Virus record (IMG/VR): IMGVR_UViG_3300045988_014547
Direction: 5' to 3' (one strand)
From: a virus
DNA: 38,085 nt
The translations under genes and the position numbers were made by a program. Within the stretch, counting starts at the first letter, position 1, and every line of letters begins with the position of its first letter. The notes under the pieces are model-generated. The model saw nothing but the letters and a program-made list of their open reading frames with translations, had not been told where the DNA came from and ran no database searches. Shown piece after piece: positions 1 through 6,831 of this stretch.

Positions 1-504
1 TGCGCCAAAGTTCCCAGCGTTGGCTGCGCCATAGTCCCCGGCGTTGGCTGCGCCAAAGTTCCCGGCGTTGGCTGCGCCATAGTCCCCGGCGTTGGCTGCG
101 CCAAAGTTCCCAGCGTTGGCTGCGCCATAGTCCCCGGCGTTGGCTGCGCCAAAGTTCCCGGCGTTGGCTGCGCCATAGTCCCCGGCGTTGGCTGCGCCAA
201 AGTTCCCAGCGTTGGCTGCGCCATAGTCCCCGGCGTTGGCTGCGCCAAAGTTCCCGGCGTTGGCTGCGCCATAGTCCCCGGCGTTGGCTGCGCCAAAGTT
301 CCCAGCGTTGGCTGCGCCATAGTCCCCGGCGTTGGCTGCGCCAAAGTTCCCGGCGTTGGCTGCGCCATAGTCCCCGGCGTTGGCTGCGCCAAAGTTCCCA
401 GCGTTGGCTGCGCCATAGTCCCCGGCGTTGGCTGCGCCATAGTTCCCGGCGTTGGCTGCGCCATAGTTCCCGGCGTTGGCTGCGCCATAGTCCCCGGCGT
501 TGGC
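1..504. repeat. Tandem array of 21 x 24-bp units with a 96-bp higher-order period; codes the octapeptide repeats
   Basis: Unit A is tgcgccaaagttcccagcgttggc, B is tgcgccatagtccccggcgttggc, C is tgcgccaaagttcccggcgttggc. ABCB is repeated 4.5 times, followed by two D units (tgcgccatagttcccggcgttggc) and one B. Units are contiguous with no spacers. Confidence 0.95.
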
Positions 505-855
505 TGCGCCGATCACTTTCGCAGTTTTCTCGATTCTGCCTGAGAAGTCTACGCTTTCAAAAAATACGCCAACACTAGCTTTCACCATATCGAATACGCT
601 GATCCTAGCGCCGATGCGTAGCTTTTTGGTACAGTACTTAGTATTATCATCCGTCGACGAATCGTCCAGTGCTTCTACCTCGGCAAATTCGTGATTTTCA
701 CCCGGGGGATAATGCGCAAACACTTGATGCGGCAGGGCGCAGAAGTGCATCCCGCTTTTGCAGATTTCGGCATCATCTTCTTCGAATACGGTGTTTTCAG
801 CGTACTGCTTGCCTCGGCACACCAGGCCTTTTTCAAATCCCTTGTAGCCTTTCAT
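1..855 (-). CDS. Octapeptide-repeat early protein, N-terminal part (DUF7666-like N-domain followed by AANAG[D/N][Y/F]G repeats); runs off the left edge and continues at 38085
   Basis: ATG at 855-853 overlaps the recT stop (ATGA). My translation: MKGYKGFEKGLVCRGKQYAENTVFEEDDAEICKSGMHFCALPH...RIEKTAKVIGAANAGDYGAANAGNYG... It stays open to position 1. It is absent from the ORF track because it has no stop inside the window. The N-terminus resembles the MK[AG]YKGF..C..F.Y phage family I remember as DUF7666. Confidence 0.7.
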   Translation of the reverse strand, partial: MKGYKGFEKGLVCRGKQYAENTVFEEDDAEICKSGMHFCALPHQVFAHYPPGENHEFAEVEALDDSSTDDNTKYCTKKLRIGARISVFDMVKASVGVFFESVDFSGRIEKTAKVIGAANAGDYGAANAGNYGAANAGNYGAANAGDYGAANAGNFGAANAGDYGAANAGNFGAANAGDYGAANAGNFGAANAGDYGAANAGNFGAANAGDYGAANAGNFGAANAGDYGAANAGNFGAANAGDYGAANAGNFGAANAGDYGAANAGNFGAANAGDYGAANAGNFGA

Positions 856-1661
856 TCACTCACAACCTCCCCCGTATTCGCATCGACGTTGGGAATCTCC
901 TCTGCATCCGCGTCAAAGATCGTCTCCGAAGGGACGGAATACATGTCATCCGAGATATCCCGTTTGATGGTCTCATCCTGTACTGCGGCCCGAACAAAGT
1001 CGGATTTCAGCGGGGCATATTTGAGGACGCGCTTTAATACGGTTTTCTTTGCCATTTCCTCGAAATTCGTTTTCCAGGGGGAATAGCTGCTGCTATATGC
1101 CTTGCTGTATTTCGCCGCGTGCTTGCGGACGTCTTCCATGCTCATGACTTCAAAGCCAAAGCCGCCGCTCTTCGTTTTGAATACGGCATAGACTTTGATC
1201 GGATCACCACGGTCATGGTCTGCAGGCCGGTGCGTCAGCTTCGGCTCCAGTCCATATTCACACGCAAATTCGTCGTTTTCGTAGACGACGTGAGCCTGGA
1301 TTACCTCGACCTCCCCGGAGCGATACGCCAGGTCAATCAGCCCCTTATATCCAAGCTGGAATTGGGCCTCCAGAACGCCCTTATTGCTGTACGGCAGGAC
1401 GTACGCCTGCCCCAGCGGGGTATTGACTTCCAGGCCAAGCTGGGCGCTCGTCATCATGGCCCCCAGGAAGCTTGCCGGGGTACAGCTGCCAAGCTTCGGA
1501 TTGACGGAGAGTGCGGAAAGCACGATCCGCGTGAATCGCTCTGGCGTGATGACGGAAGGGAGCGCCTTTCTGATCTCGCCCTCCATGCTCTTGATGTACT
1601 GCTGCATCGTCTTCTGCTCTGGCGCTCGATTGGCCAGCTGATTTTGAATTTTTCCTGCCAT
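852..1661 (-). CDS. recT: RecT-family single-strand annealing recombinase
   Basis: 269-aa ORF with typical RecT sequence (SALSVNPKL..C.P.S..GA...AQLGLE..TPLGQAY.LPY; QFQLGYKG). Sits directly downstream of a YqaJ exonuclease gene. Confidence 0.9.
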   Translation of the reverse strand: MAGKIQNQLANRAPEQKTMQQYIKSMEGEIRKALPSVITPERFTRIVLSALSVNPKLGSCTPASFLGAMMTSAQLGLEVNTPLGQAYVLPYSNKGVLEAQFQLGYKGLIDLAYRSGEVEVIQAHVVYENDEFACEYGLEPKLTHRPADHDRGDPIKVYAVFKTKSGGFGFEVMSMEDVRKHAAKYSKAYSSSYSPWKTNFEEMAKKTVLKRVLKYAPLKSDFVRAAVQDETIKRDISDDMYSVPSETIFDADAEEIPNVDANTGEVVSE

Positions 1662-1666
1662 GCGGC

Positions 1667-2602
1667 TCAGTCTCCTTTCGTTTCCATCACCCGAAACGCC
1701 CGGGCGGTCGATTCTTTGTAATAGCCGGATAGATCCATATCCGGATGGTCGCTTGCGAAGCGCTTGCTATCGAAGGTGCGCCGAGTCTGTGTTTTCCAGG
1801 AAACCTTGTACCGGTCACATGCCCCGGTTCCGGCGTCGCCCATAAATGCTTTGATGCGGTTCACGCATTCGTTCCGGTCGGTCTCCAAAGCTTTGATATT
1901 CTGGTCAATGTCTGCATACCGGTCCAGTTCCGCCGCCAGGCAGAACAGATCAACCGTGCTTTCGTTGCTGTCCGGATGCAGCGCCGTCAGGGCCGCCGTC
2001 GTGCCGCTGGAACCGTCGATTTCCGGCGGCGTGCCCGTTTTCACGTGCTCCCAAAAATCCGCTTCTGCGGTCATCAGCGCCGCAATCTCGGCTTCGTCGC
2101 GCTCGATCGTGAACCACCTGAATTCCCGGTTTCCGATAAGCACCGCCAAATACCAGCGCTGCCTTCCGGTGACGGCAAGATAATGCACGCTTTGGACATA
2201 GTAGTTTGCCGGATATTCGCCGCCCCGGAATTTCTTCAGGTTCATCGTGTCCGTCGTTTTAATCTCAAGCCCGGCGTCCTCGCCGATGATTTCCCGGTCG
2301 ATGTTTGCAATGGCCCAGGGATAATCACTATTGAGAAAGCTCTGATTTGCCCGTCGTACCTTCTTCCCGGTAATCTCTGAAAATTTCCGTGCTACGAATT
2401 CCTCCAGGTACGCGCCGACCTCAGTTGCCAGGTTTCCTGAAAATCCCGGAAGACTCCCGGTTTTTTCCGCCCACAGGCTATACGGGGAGACATATGCGTT
2501 CATGCCAACAACGGCCGCGGCATCAGAGCCGCCGATATACCGGCTGCGCAGGGCCTTCCATTCTTCCCTGTTTGCGGTTCTTACTTTTGTGATCTCTGCC
2601 AT
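1667..2602 (-). CDS. YqaJ/lambda-Exo-like viral recombinase exonuclease
   Basis: 311 aa with REEWKALRSRYIGGSDAAAVVGMNAYVSPYSLW...GLEIKT, the YqaJ PD-(D/E)XK signature. Paired with recT. Confidence 0.88.
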   Translation of the reverse strand: MAEITKVRTANREEWKALRSRYIGGSDAAAVVGMNAYVSPYSLWAEKTGSLPGFSGNLATEVGAYLEEFVARKFSEITGKKVRRANQSFLNSDYPWAIANIDREIIGEDAGLEIKTTDTMNLKKFRGGEYPANYYVQSVHYLAVTGRQRWYLAVLIGNREFRWFTIERDEAEIAALMTAEADFWEHVKTGTPPEIDGSSGTTAALTALHPDSNESTVDLFCLAAELDRYADIDQNIKALETDRNECVNRIKAFMGDAGTGACDRYKVSWKTQTRRTFDSKRFASDHPDMDLSGYYKESTARAFRVMETKGD

Positions 2603-2613
2603 TCGTTACACCC

Positions 2614-2805
2614 TCACGACGAAAAGCGGATGTGCAGCAACTCCGTGCATGCTGCGCAGTAGTTCTTTCCGGCAAACGTATAAAAGTATTCCTCTTGGAT
2701 TGGCTCCTCGCAATCTGCGCAAATCGGCAATCCCTCAAGTCGCCGCTCCTGCGCATCATCGTGTGCGCGGAACGCATCGTGGTTATCTGGAATGGGCTGA
2801 TTCAT
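2614..2805 (-). CDS. Small zinc-ribbon protein
   Basis: Internal ATG at 2805 preceded by GGAGGTGG and overlapping the upstream stop (ATGA). Contains CADC...CAAC cysteine pairs. Confidence 0.5.
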   Translation of the reverse strand: MNQPIPDNHDAFRAHDDAQERRLEGLPICADCEEPIQEEYFYTFAGKNYCAACTELLHIRFSS

Positions 2806-3125
2806 TCCGCCACCTCCTGGACCTTCTCGCGAATCTCCAGCCGCTTGCGCAGCCGTCCGCACTCCGCCTCCAGCTCCATGATTCGGATATCCCGGTCACT
2901 GTCTAGGAGAAACTGCGCGCCGTCAAGCCGGTTCTGCAGCCGCTTGATCTCTCTCCGCAGCTGCTTCGCCTGGGCAGCGCTGCGGTCCAGCTGGGCCATC
3001 AGGGTGGCATTGTCATGCTGGAGCTTCCGAAGCGACTGCCGGGATTCTGCGTTATCGCGAATCCAATCAAGCAGGAGAAACAGAACAAAGGCGATAACCA
3101 GGAAAAGCATGGTAAGTGCCATCAC
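2802..3125 (-). CDS. Membrane-anchored coiled-coil protein, unknown function
   Basis: 107 aa. Hydrophobic N-terminus (LTMLFLVIAFVLFLLL) followed by a heptad-like charged region. Overlaps both neighbouring genes. Confidence 0.5.
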   Translation of the reverse strand: MMALTMLFLVIAFVLFLLLDWIRDNAESRQSLRKLQHDNATLMAQLDRSAAQAKQLRREIKRLQNRLDGAQFLLDSDRDIRIMELEAECGRLRKRLEIREKVQEVAE

Positions 3126-3274
3126 GCATTGCCTCCCGTCTTCTTATCCCGCAGCCGCCGGAACGGCCCGAAGACCGCCGCCCAGTTGACACGAAAGTAA
3201 TATTTGAACATAGGGCACATGCACCCGCCGCATGGCGTGTTTCTGTTGCAGCCCTCGCACGGATTTGGCAACAT
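3122..3274 (-). CDS. Small Cys-rich protein
   Basis: Start ATG at 3274 with GGAGGTG 7 nt upstream. Sequence MLPNPCEGCNRNTPCGGCMCPMFKYYF... Confidence 0.45.
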   Translation of the reverse strand: MLPNPCEGCNRNTPCGGCMCPMFKYYFRVNWAAVFGPFRRLRDKKTGGNA

Positions 3275-3275
3275 C

Positions 3276-3479
3276 TCAATGCACCTCCCGCTCTGCAATC
3301 CACTGATCAAGCAGCCGCTTGAAGATCATCACGACGCGATTTTTTCCGTTTGCGCGGAAGGCTGTGCCGAATGCGAACACGCCTTGTTCCAGCCCCGCCG
3401 CGAGTGTTTCGTTGGAAATGGAAAGCCCCCGCTCACGCAGATAAGCCGCCGCCTCATTGAGCGTTAATGTTTGAATCAT
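3276..3479 (-). CDS. Small HTH DNA-binding protein (excisionase/MerR-like HTH_17 type)
   Basis: 67 aa. LTLNEAAAYLRERGLSISNETL resembles Xis/AlpA-type helix-turn-helix proteins. The function as an excisionase is a guess. Confidence 0.5.
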   Translation of the reverse strand: MIQTLTLNEAAAYLRERGLSISNETLAAGLEQGVFAFGTAFRANGKNRVVMIFKRLLDQWIAEREVH

Positions 3480-3724
3480 TGCTTTTTCCTTTCCCCTGTG
3501 CTATAATCAGCACAGGAACATAAGATTTTGTTTGGATTCTTGTTGTTTCGCTGCCCTGCTCGGTGTGTCAGACCGGGCGGGGCTTTTTCTTTCTTTTCCT
3601 TGTTCGCCTGCCGGTACGCCGCATTGCAAGCCGCGATCTTTTCCTTGTTCGCCTGGCAGTACGCCGCCTGATAGGCCGCGAGCTTGCTGCGTCCCTCCCG
3701 TTTGATGCTTCTCTCGCGTTCCAT
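3476..3724 (-). CDS. Hypothetical protein with duplicated AAY.QANKEK motif
   Basis: 82-aa ORF. Contains a 30-nt direct repeat with a 45-nt period (3593-3622 and 3638-3667). The C-terminal third looks low-complexity, so the true extent is uncertain. Confidence 0.35.
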   Translation of the reverse strand: MERERSIKREGRSKLAAYQAAYCQANKEKIAACNAAYRQANKEKKEKAPPGLTHRAGQRNNKNPNKILCSCADYSTGERKKQ

Positions 3725-3736
3725 GCTGCCGCGCCA

Positions 3737-3832
3737 TTACTCCGGGCTCATGTCCTCCTCATCCAGAATGCAGTCCGGGTATGGGCAGTGAAAGCAGTCC
3801 CGGTCGCAGGTCGGTTTATTTGGCGTGTGCAT
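3737..3832 (-). CDS. Small Cys-rich protein (31 aa)
   Basis: ATG at 3832 preceded by AAAGGAGGA. Sequence MHTPNKPTCDRDCFHCPYPDCILDEEDMSPE. Shorter than the ORF-track entry, which begins at an upstream ATG with no RBS. Confidence 0.4.
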   Translation of the reverse strand: MHTPNKPTCDRDCFHCPYPDCILDEEDMSPE

Positions 3833-4031
3833 GTCGGTCCTCCTTTCGGCGTTGTAAAATTGCGTCAAGCGCTTTCTCCATTCGCTTCTGTACGCCCTCT
3901 GGCTTGCGCTTCCCGTTGAGAAGCATCGAAACATACGGCTTCGTTACGCCCATCTCTTTCGCGAGCTCGTCGAAGGTGACGCGCTCGTTGTGCATCTTAC
4001 CAACGAGCCTCCCCGTCCATTTTTCCGGCAT
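3816..4031 (-). CDS. Cro-like HTH regulator; first gene of the leftward early operon
   Basis: 71 aa. HTH segment TFDELAKEMGVTKPYVSMLLNGKR. RBS AAAGGAGG. Divergent from the XRE repressor gene. Confidence 0.7.
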   Translation of the reverse strand: MPEKWTGRLVGKMHNERVTFDELAKEMGVTKPYVSMLLNGKRKPEGVQKRMEKALDAILQRRKEDRHAHAK

Positions 4032-4058
4032 CGTTTTGCCTCCTTTGCGTTTAATATG

Positions 4059-4087
4059 TTGACTGCTGCCCTAAAATCTGATATTCT
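4059..4087 (+). promoter_or_regulatory. Sigma-A-type promoter firing rightward into the non-coding switch region
   Basis: TTGACT (4059-4064), 17-nt spacer, TATTCT (4082-4087). Confidence 0.5.
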
Positions 4088-4093
4088 GTCTGT

Positions 4094-4420
4094 AGCCCTA
4101 TGAGGCATTTTTAAGGGGGTGGTCGCATTGACCAAACTTTTGAACTTGCCAGTTCCAGACCAAAGAAACGGCGCGATGCGTTAGGGCAAGGAGCAGAACC
4201 GGAACTGCTAAAGTGAGCGGCACATAAAGAAACGTGCTACGAACACGTATCTTTGGGCGCTGCCTCAGAAGCACTTGAGGCAACGATGAATCGCGCCTCC
4301 CGAGGCAATGTGGAGGTTGCGTGAAATCGGGCGCTCACGGGTTGTAATGTGTTCTGGTAAACAAATTCCGGTGGAGCCGTCGTCCGTGTTCGCAGCACGG
4401 GCGGCGGTTTCAAATTTTTC
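4094..4420 (+). ncRNA. Candidate ~330-nt non-coding transcript, antisense to the leader of the early lytic transcript
   Basis: Bounded by the promoter at 4059-4087 and an intrinsic terminator at 4377-4420. No ORF with an RBS and protein-like composition on either strand. Several internal hairpins, e.g. 4261-4282. Confidence 0.4.
4377..4420 (+). terminator. Intrinsic terminator (plus strand)
   Basis: 12-bp stem ccgtcgtccgtg / cacgggcggcgg (two G-U pairs), loop ttcgcag, then tttcaaatttttc. Confidence 0.55.
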
Positions 4421-4442
4421 GGGCAGCAGTCGTTTTTTGCGG

Positions 4443-4471
4443 TTGCAAATGTTAACAATCCGTGCTATTAT
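4443..4471 (+). promoter_or_regulatory. Candidate repressor (lysogenic) promoter
   Basis: TTGCAA, 17-nt spacer, TATTAT. Located ~170 nt upstream of the XRE repressor ATG and facing the leftward consensus promoter. Confidence 0.5.
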
Positions 4472-4525
4472 GGTCTTGCAAGGAACGAAATAGCTTGACG
4501 CAGGACTTTTGTCTTGGGTCTTGGT

Positions 4526-4600
4526 TTTGTTATCGTTTGCAACTCGTGCTTTCATTATAGCGATAACAAACGCAACTGTCAAGAATAAAGTGATAACAAA
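4526..4600. promoter_or_regulatory. Three operator half-site copies ([C/T]GATAACAAA)
   Basis: TTTGTTATCG at 4526-4535 (inverted), CGATAACAAA at 4561-4570, TGATAACAAA at 4591-4600. They overlap the leftward promoter. Confidence 0.6.
4554..4582 (-). promoter_or_regulatory. Consensus early (lytic) promoter, leftward
   Basis: On the minus strand: TTGACA (4582-4577), 17-nt spacer, TATAAT (4559-4554). One operator copy lies inside the spacer. Confidence 0.65.
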
Positions 4601-4641
4601 TTAAACTTTTCCATATTGCACAAAACAGTGGTGTGTAAATT

Positions 4642-4980
4642 ATGAATTTTTACGAAAACTATGTAAGGCTATGTAATTCTGTTGGAAAGTCGCCGTCGGC
4701 GGTGGCGATTGAGCTTAAACTCGGCAAGCCGTCTGTCTCTCGTTGGAAAAGTGGATCGAATCCGAGAACAGCTACTTTGTTAAAGATTGCAGACTATTTC
4801 GGCGTAACCGTCGAATACCTCAAGGGCGAAGAAGCAAAAAAAGACCCCGCCGGAACCGGCGAGGTCGGGAGTTCAGACGCTCAGGAGATATTGAATTTCA
4901 TCCGCTCTGCTTCCGTAGAGGACTTGCGGGAGGTCAGTCGTTATATCGGTTATCTGAAAAGCAAGAGGGAAACAAAATGA
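4642..4980 (+). CDS. XRE-family CI-like repressor
   Basis: 112 aa. HTH_XRE signature (YVRLCNSVGKSPSAVAIELKLGKPSVSRWKSG..P....L.KIADYFGVTVEYL). Divergent from the cro-like gene. Confidence 0.85.
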   Translation: MNFYENYVRLCNSVGKSPSAVAIELKLGKPSVSRWKSGSNPRTATLLKIADYFGVTVEYLKGEEAKKDPAGTGEVGSSDAQEILNFIRSASVEDLREVSRYIGYLKSKRETK

Positions 4981-5363
4981 GCGTATCAAAGAAGGACAGG
5001 GACGCCGCTATGCGCATCATCCTCGAACATAACAGAGAAAATGTCCGCGGGCATATGATCGGCTCTGTTTACATCGACCGCCGAGGATTGCCGGACAGCG
5101 CAGCGGGGTGCGACGCTCTCGAGGTGCTCCGCTCAATGGGTTTTGTGGAATACGAAAAAGACAAGGACGGAGAAATTTACAATGTATACCCCACGGATAG
5201 CGGAATCCATTACTTTGAAGCGGAAGAGGATGCGAAGCAAGCACAGTCTGCGATATTCCGCCACGAATGGAAAATTGCCTTATTCTCCGCACTTGTCGGA
5301 GCGTTAGCGTCGGAACCTTTGTGGTATTGCATTAAGCTTCTCTGGCGATTGGTTCGTTCTTAA
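4977..5363 (+). CDS. Hypothetical protein with C-terminal TM helix, co-transcribed with the repressor
   Basis: ATG at 4977 overlaps the repressor stop (ATGA); RBS AAGAGGGA. Hydrophobic C-terminal segment (WKIALFSALVGALASEPLWYCIKLLW). Confidence 0.6.
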   Translation: MSVSKKDRDAAMRIILEHNRENVRGHMIGSVYIDRRGLPDSAAGCDALEVLRSMGFVEYEKDKDGEIYNVYPTDSGIHYFEAEEDAKQAQSAIFRHEWKIALFSALVGALASEPLWYCIKLLWRLVRS

Positions 5364-5493
5364 ACTCGAAATCTCGACAGGCTGCTGCAAGCTCCTTGCC
5401 ACATAGAATCTTGTATTCTCCATTGCCGAGAGGATAGATCACAACGTGTTTGCAGTATCTGCAAACCTCGTTATACATTTTCCCGTTTTCCAT
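5332..5493 (-). CDS. Small Cys-containing protein (53 aa)
   Basis: ATG at 5493 with AAAGGAGGG RBS. Sequence MENGKMYNEVCRYCKHVVIYPLGNGEYKILCG... Confidence 0.5.
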   Translation of the reverse strand: MENGKMYNEVCRYCKHVVIYPLGNGEYKILCGKELAAACRDFEFKNEPIAREA

Positions 5494-5653
5494 ATAGCCC
5501 TCCTTTGATGAAGCGCAGCAATGCCGCCTGCTCATCAGCCGACAAGTGCATCACGGATTCCGCAAGTGCGGATGCCATCTCTACGCGTTTTTCTTCCACC
5601 GTTACTATATGCGAGGATTGTTCTTTTGTCAACGGCGTAACTTTTTCTCTCAC
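5471..5653 (-). CDS. Possible small protein (60 aa, GTG start)
   Basis: Only the 3' 60 codons of the 190-aa track ORF look protein-like (TPLTKEQSSHIVTVEEKRVEMASALAES...). The start choice is uncertain. Confidence 0.3.
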   Translation of the reverse strand: MREKVTPLTKEQSSHIVTVEEKRVEMASALAESVMHLSADEQAALLRFIKGGLYGKRENV

Positions 5654-5785
5654 GCTCCTACCCCTTTCGTTGAATTGTGACAAAAATAGATCATTAAAAT
5701 TGTGGAGTATTACGGTTTGTAAAAAACGTATGAAGTGGTAATATGGATATGTAAATGAAACTAAGCAAAACACGGAGGTACTACA

Positions 5786-6034
5786 ATGGTTTGTCCAGAT
5801 TGTGGAAGCGAAAATGTAACAATTTCTATGGAACAGGTTGCAAGCAAAACAAAGAAGCATGGAAACGGATTTGGTGGTCATATGAATAACGCTGCAAGGG
5901 GCGTCACTGCTATGTGTACCCTCGGTATGTCCAACCTTTTTTGGAAAAAGAGCAAAGGAACCGAAAAAACGAAAATCAGGAGCGCAAAAATATGCCTGTG
6001 CCAAAACTGCGGAAATTCCTGGGAAATCGAATGA
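5786..6034 (+). CDS. Double zinc-ribbon small protein
   Basis: 82 aa. CPDCG at the N-terminus and CQNCG at the C-terminus. RBS GGAGGT. Confidence 0.6.
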   Translation: MVCPDCGSENVTISMEQVASKTKKHGNGFGGHMNNAARGVTAMCTLGMSNLFWKKSKGTEKTKIRSAKICLCQNCGNSWEIE

Positions 6035-6060
6035 GGCGCACAAAATATACCATATTGCCG

Positions 6061-6234
6061 CTAATGTAAGATTTTTTGCTGCTCCTGCGTCCCGCCGACA
6101 TTCGCGACGCAGGAAAACAGCAGCGGGCAGCCCTTCACGTAGTCAAGTGAGAAACTATGCAGATCGGTAAAAGTTACGCCGTCAACGACGATCTTCACTT
6201 TATTTCCGTCGGCGATAATATGGATGCTTTGCAT
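6061..6234 (-). CDS. Hypothetical small protein (57 aa)
   Basis: ATG at 6234 preceded by TAGGAGGTGA. Confidence 0.5.
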   Translation of the reverse strand: MQSIHIIADGNKVKIVVDGVTFTDLHSFSLDYVKGCPLLFSCVANVGGTQEQQKILH

Positions 6235-6370
6235 GTCGTCACCTCCTAGCATCATTACGTTTCTGTCATGAGACTACTACTGAAACGCGACAATCTCAAT
6301 ACGCAAGTATGCAAAAGGCAAACTAAATGTACGCCGTACAGTCGCCATAAAAAATGCTGCACAAAAGGGA

Positions 6371-6778
6371 GTGTTTGTTACGACGGTTCAGGACATTATT
6401 TTTGGCATTATTACACAAAAAGAGGCGACCGGCATGACGAACCAGCAGATTGCGGATTCGGCGAAGGTATCAAAGACAACCGTTGACCGATTGCTGCGAA
6501 ACGACCCAGGAACCAGCCCAAATGCGCAGACGCTTATCGATGTAGCAAATGCAGTTGGGTATCAAATCGGAGGCACCGAACCGCACAGTGAGGTGCGGGA
6601 AATCTACGAGGAGCAAATCAAGCAAACGGAAGCGCATTACAACAGAATGCTTACACTGCAAAATCGGTGGCTGCGCTTTGCTGTTCTTCTCTGCCTGATT
6701 TTACTCGTCTTTGTCATAGCAATGCTTCTATTTGATGTGACGCACCCAGACACAGGCTGGATAACAGACAAGAGTTGA
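6371..6778 (+). CDS. Membrane-anchored HTH (XRE-like) regulator
   Basis: HTH segment MTNQQIADSAKVSKTTVDRLL, plus a C-terminal TM helix (FAVLLCLILLVFVIAMLLF). Start codon (GTG at 6371) is uncertain. Confidence 0.55.
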   Translation: MFVTTVQDIIFGIITQKEATGMTNQQIADSAKVSKTTVDRLLRNDPGTSPNAQTLIDVANAVGYQIGGTEPHSEVREIYEEQIKQTEAHYNRMLTLQNRWLRFAVLLCLILLVFVIAMLLFDVTHPDTGWITDKS

Positions 6779-6831
6779 TAGTGCGGGGGTATCAGCGAAA
6801 GCCGATATCCCTTTTTTGCAGGAGGGAAAAC

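Noticed and set aside
1-504. The 24-bp repeat arrays at both window ends could be mistaken for a CRISPR array.
   Set aside because: The units are contiguous with no spacers. They differ by only 1-3 nt in a regular ABCB pattern. They lie in an open reading frame that continues into unique coding sequence on both sides. No cas genes are present.
4098-4582. Track ORFs of 61-105 aa on both strands in the repressor/cro intergenic region.
   Set aside because: None has an RBS. Their compositions are Pro/Thr/Arg/Ala-rich and low-complexity. One starts upstream of the only plausible promoter, and they overlap each other in different frames. The region is treated as non-coding.
5471-6043. The 190-aa minus-strand track ORF spanning the 5.5-6.0 kb region.
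   Set aside because: Its N-terminal two-thirds is Phe/Cys/His-rich nonsense lying antisense to a well-supported plus-strand zinc-ribbon gene (5786-6034) and a promoter region. Only the last ~60 codons look coding.
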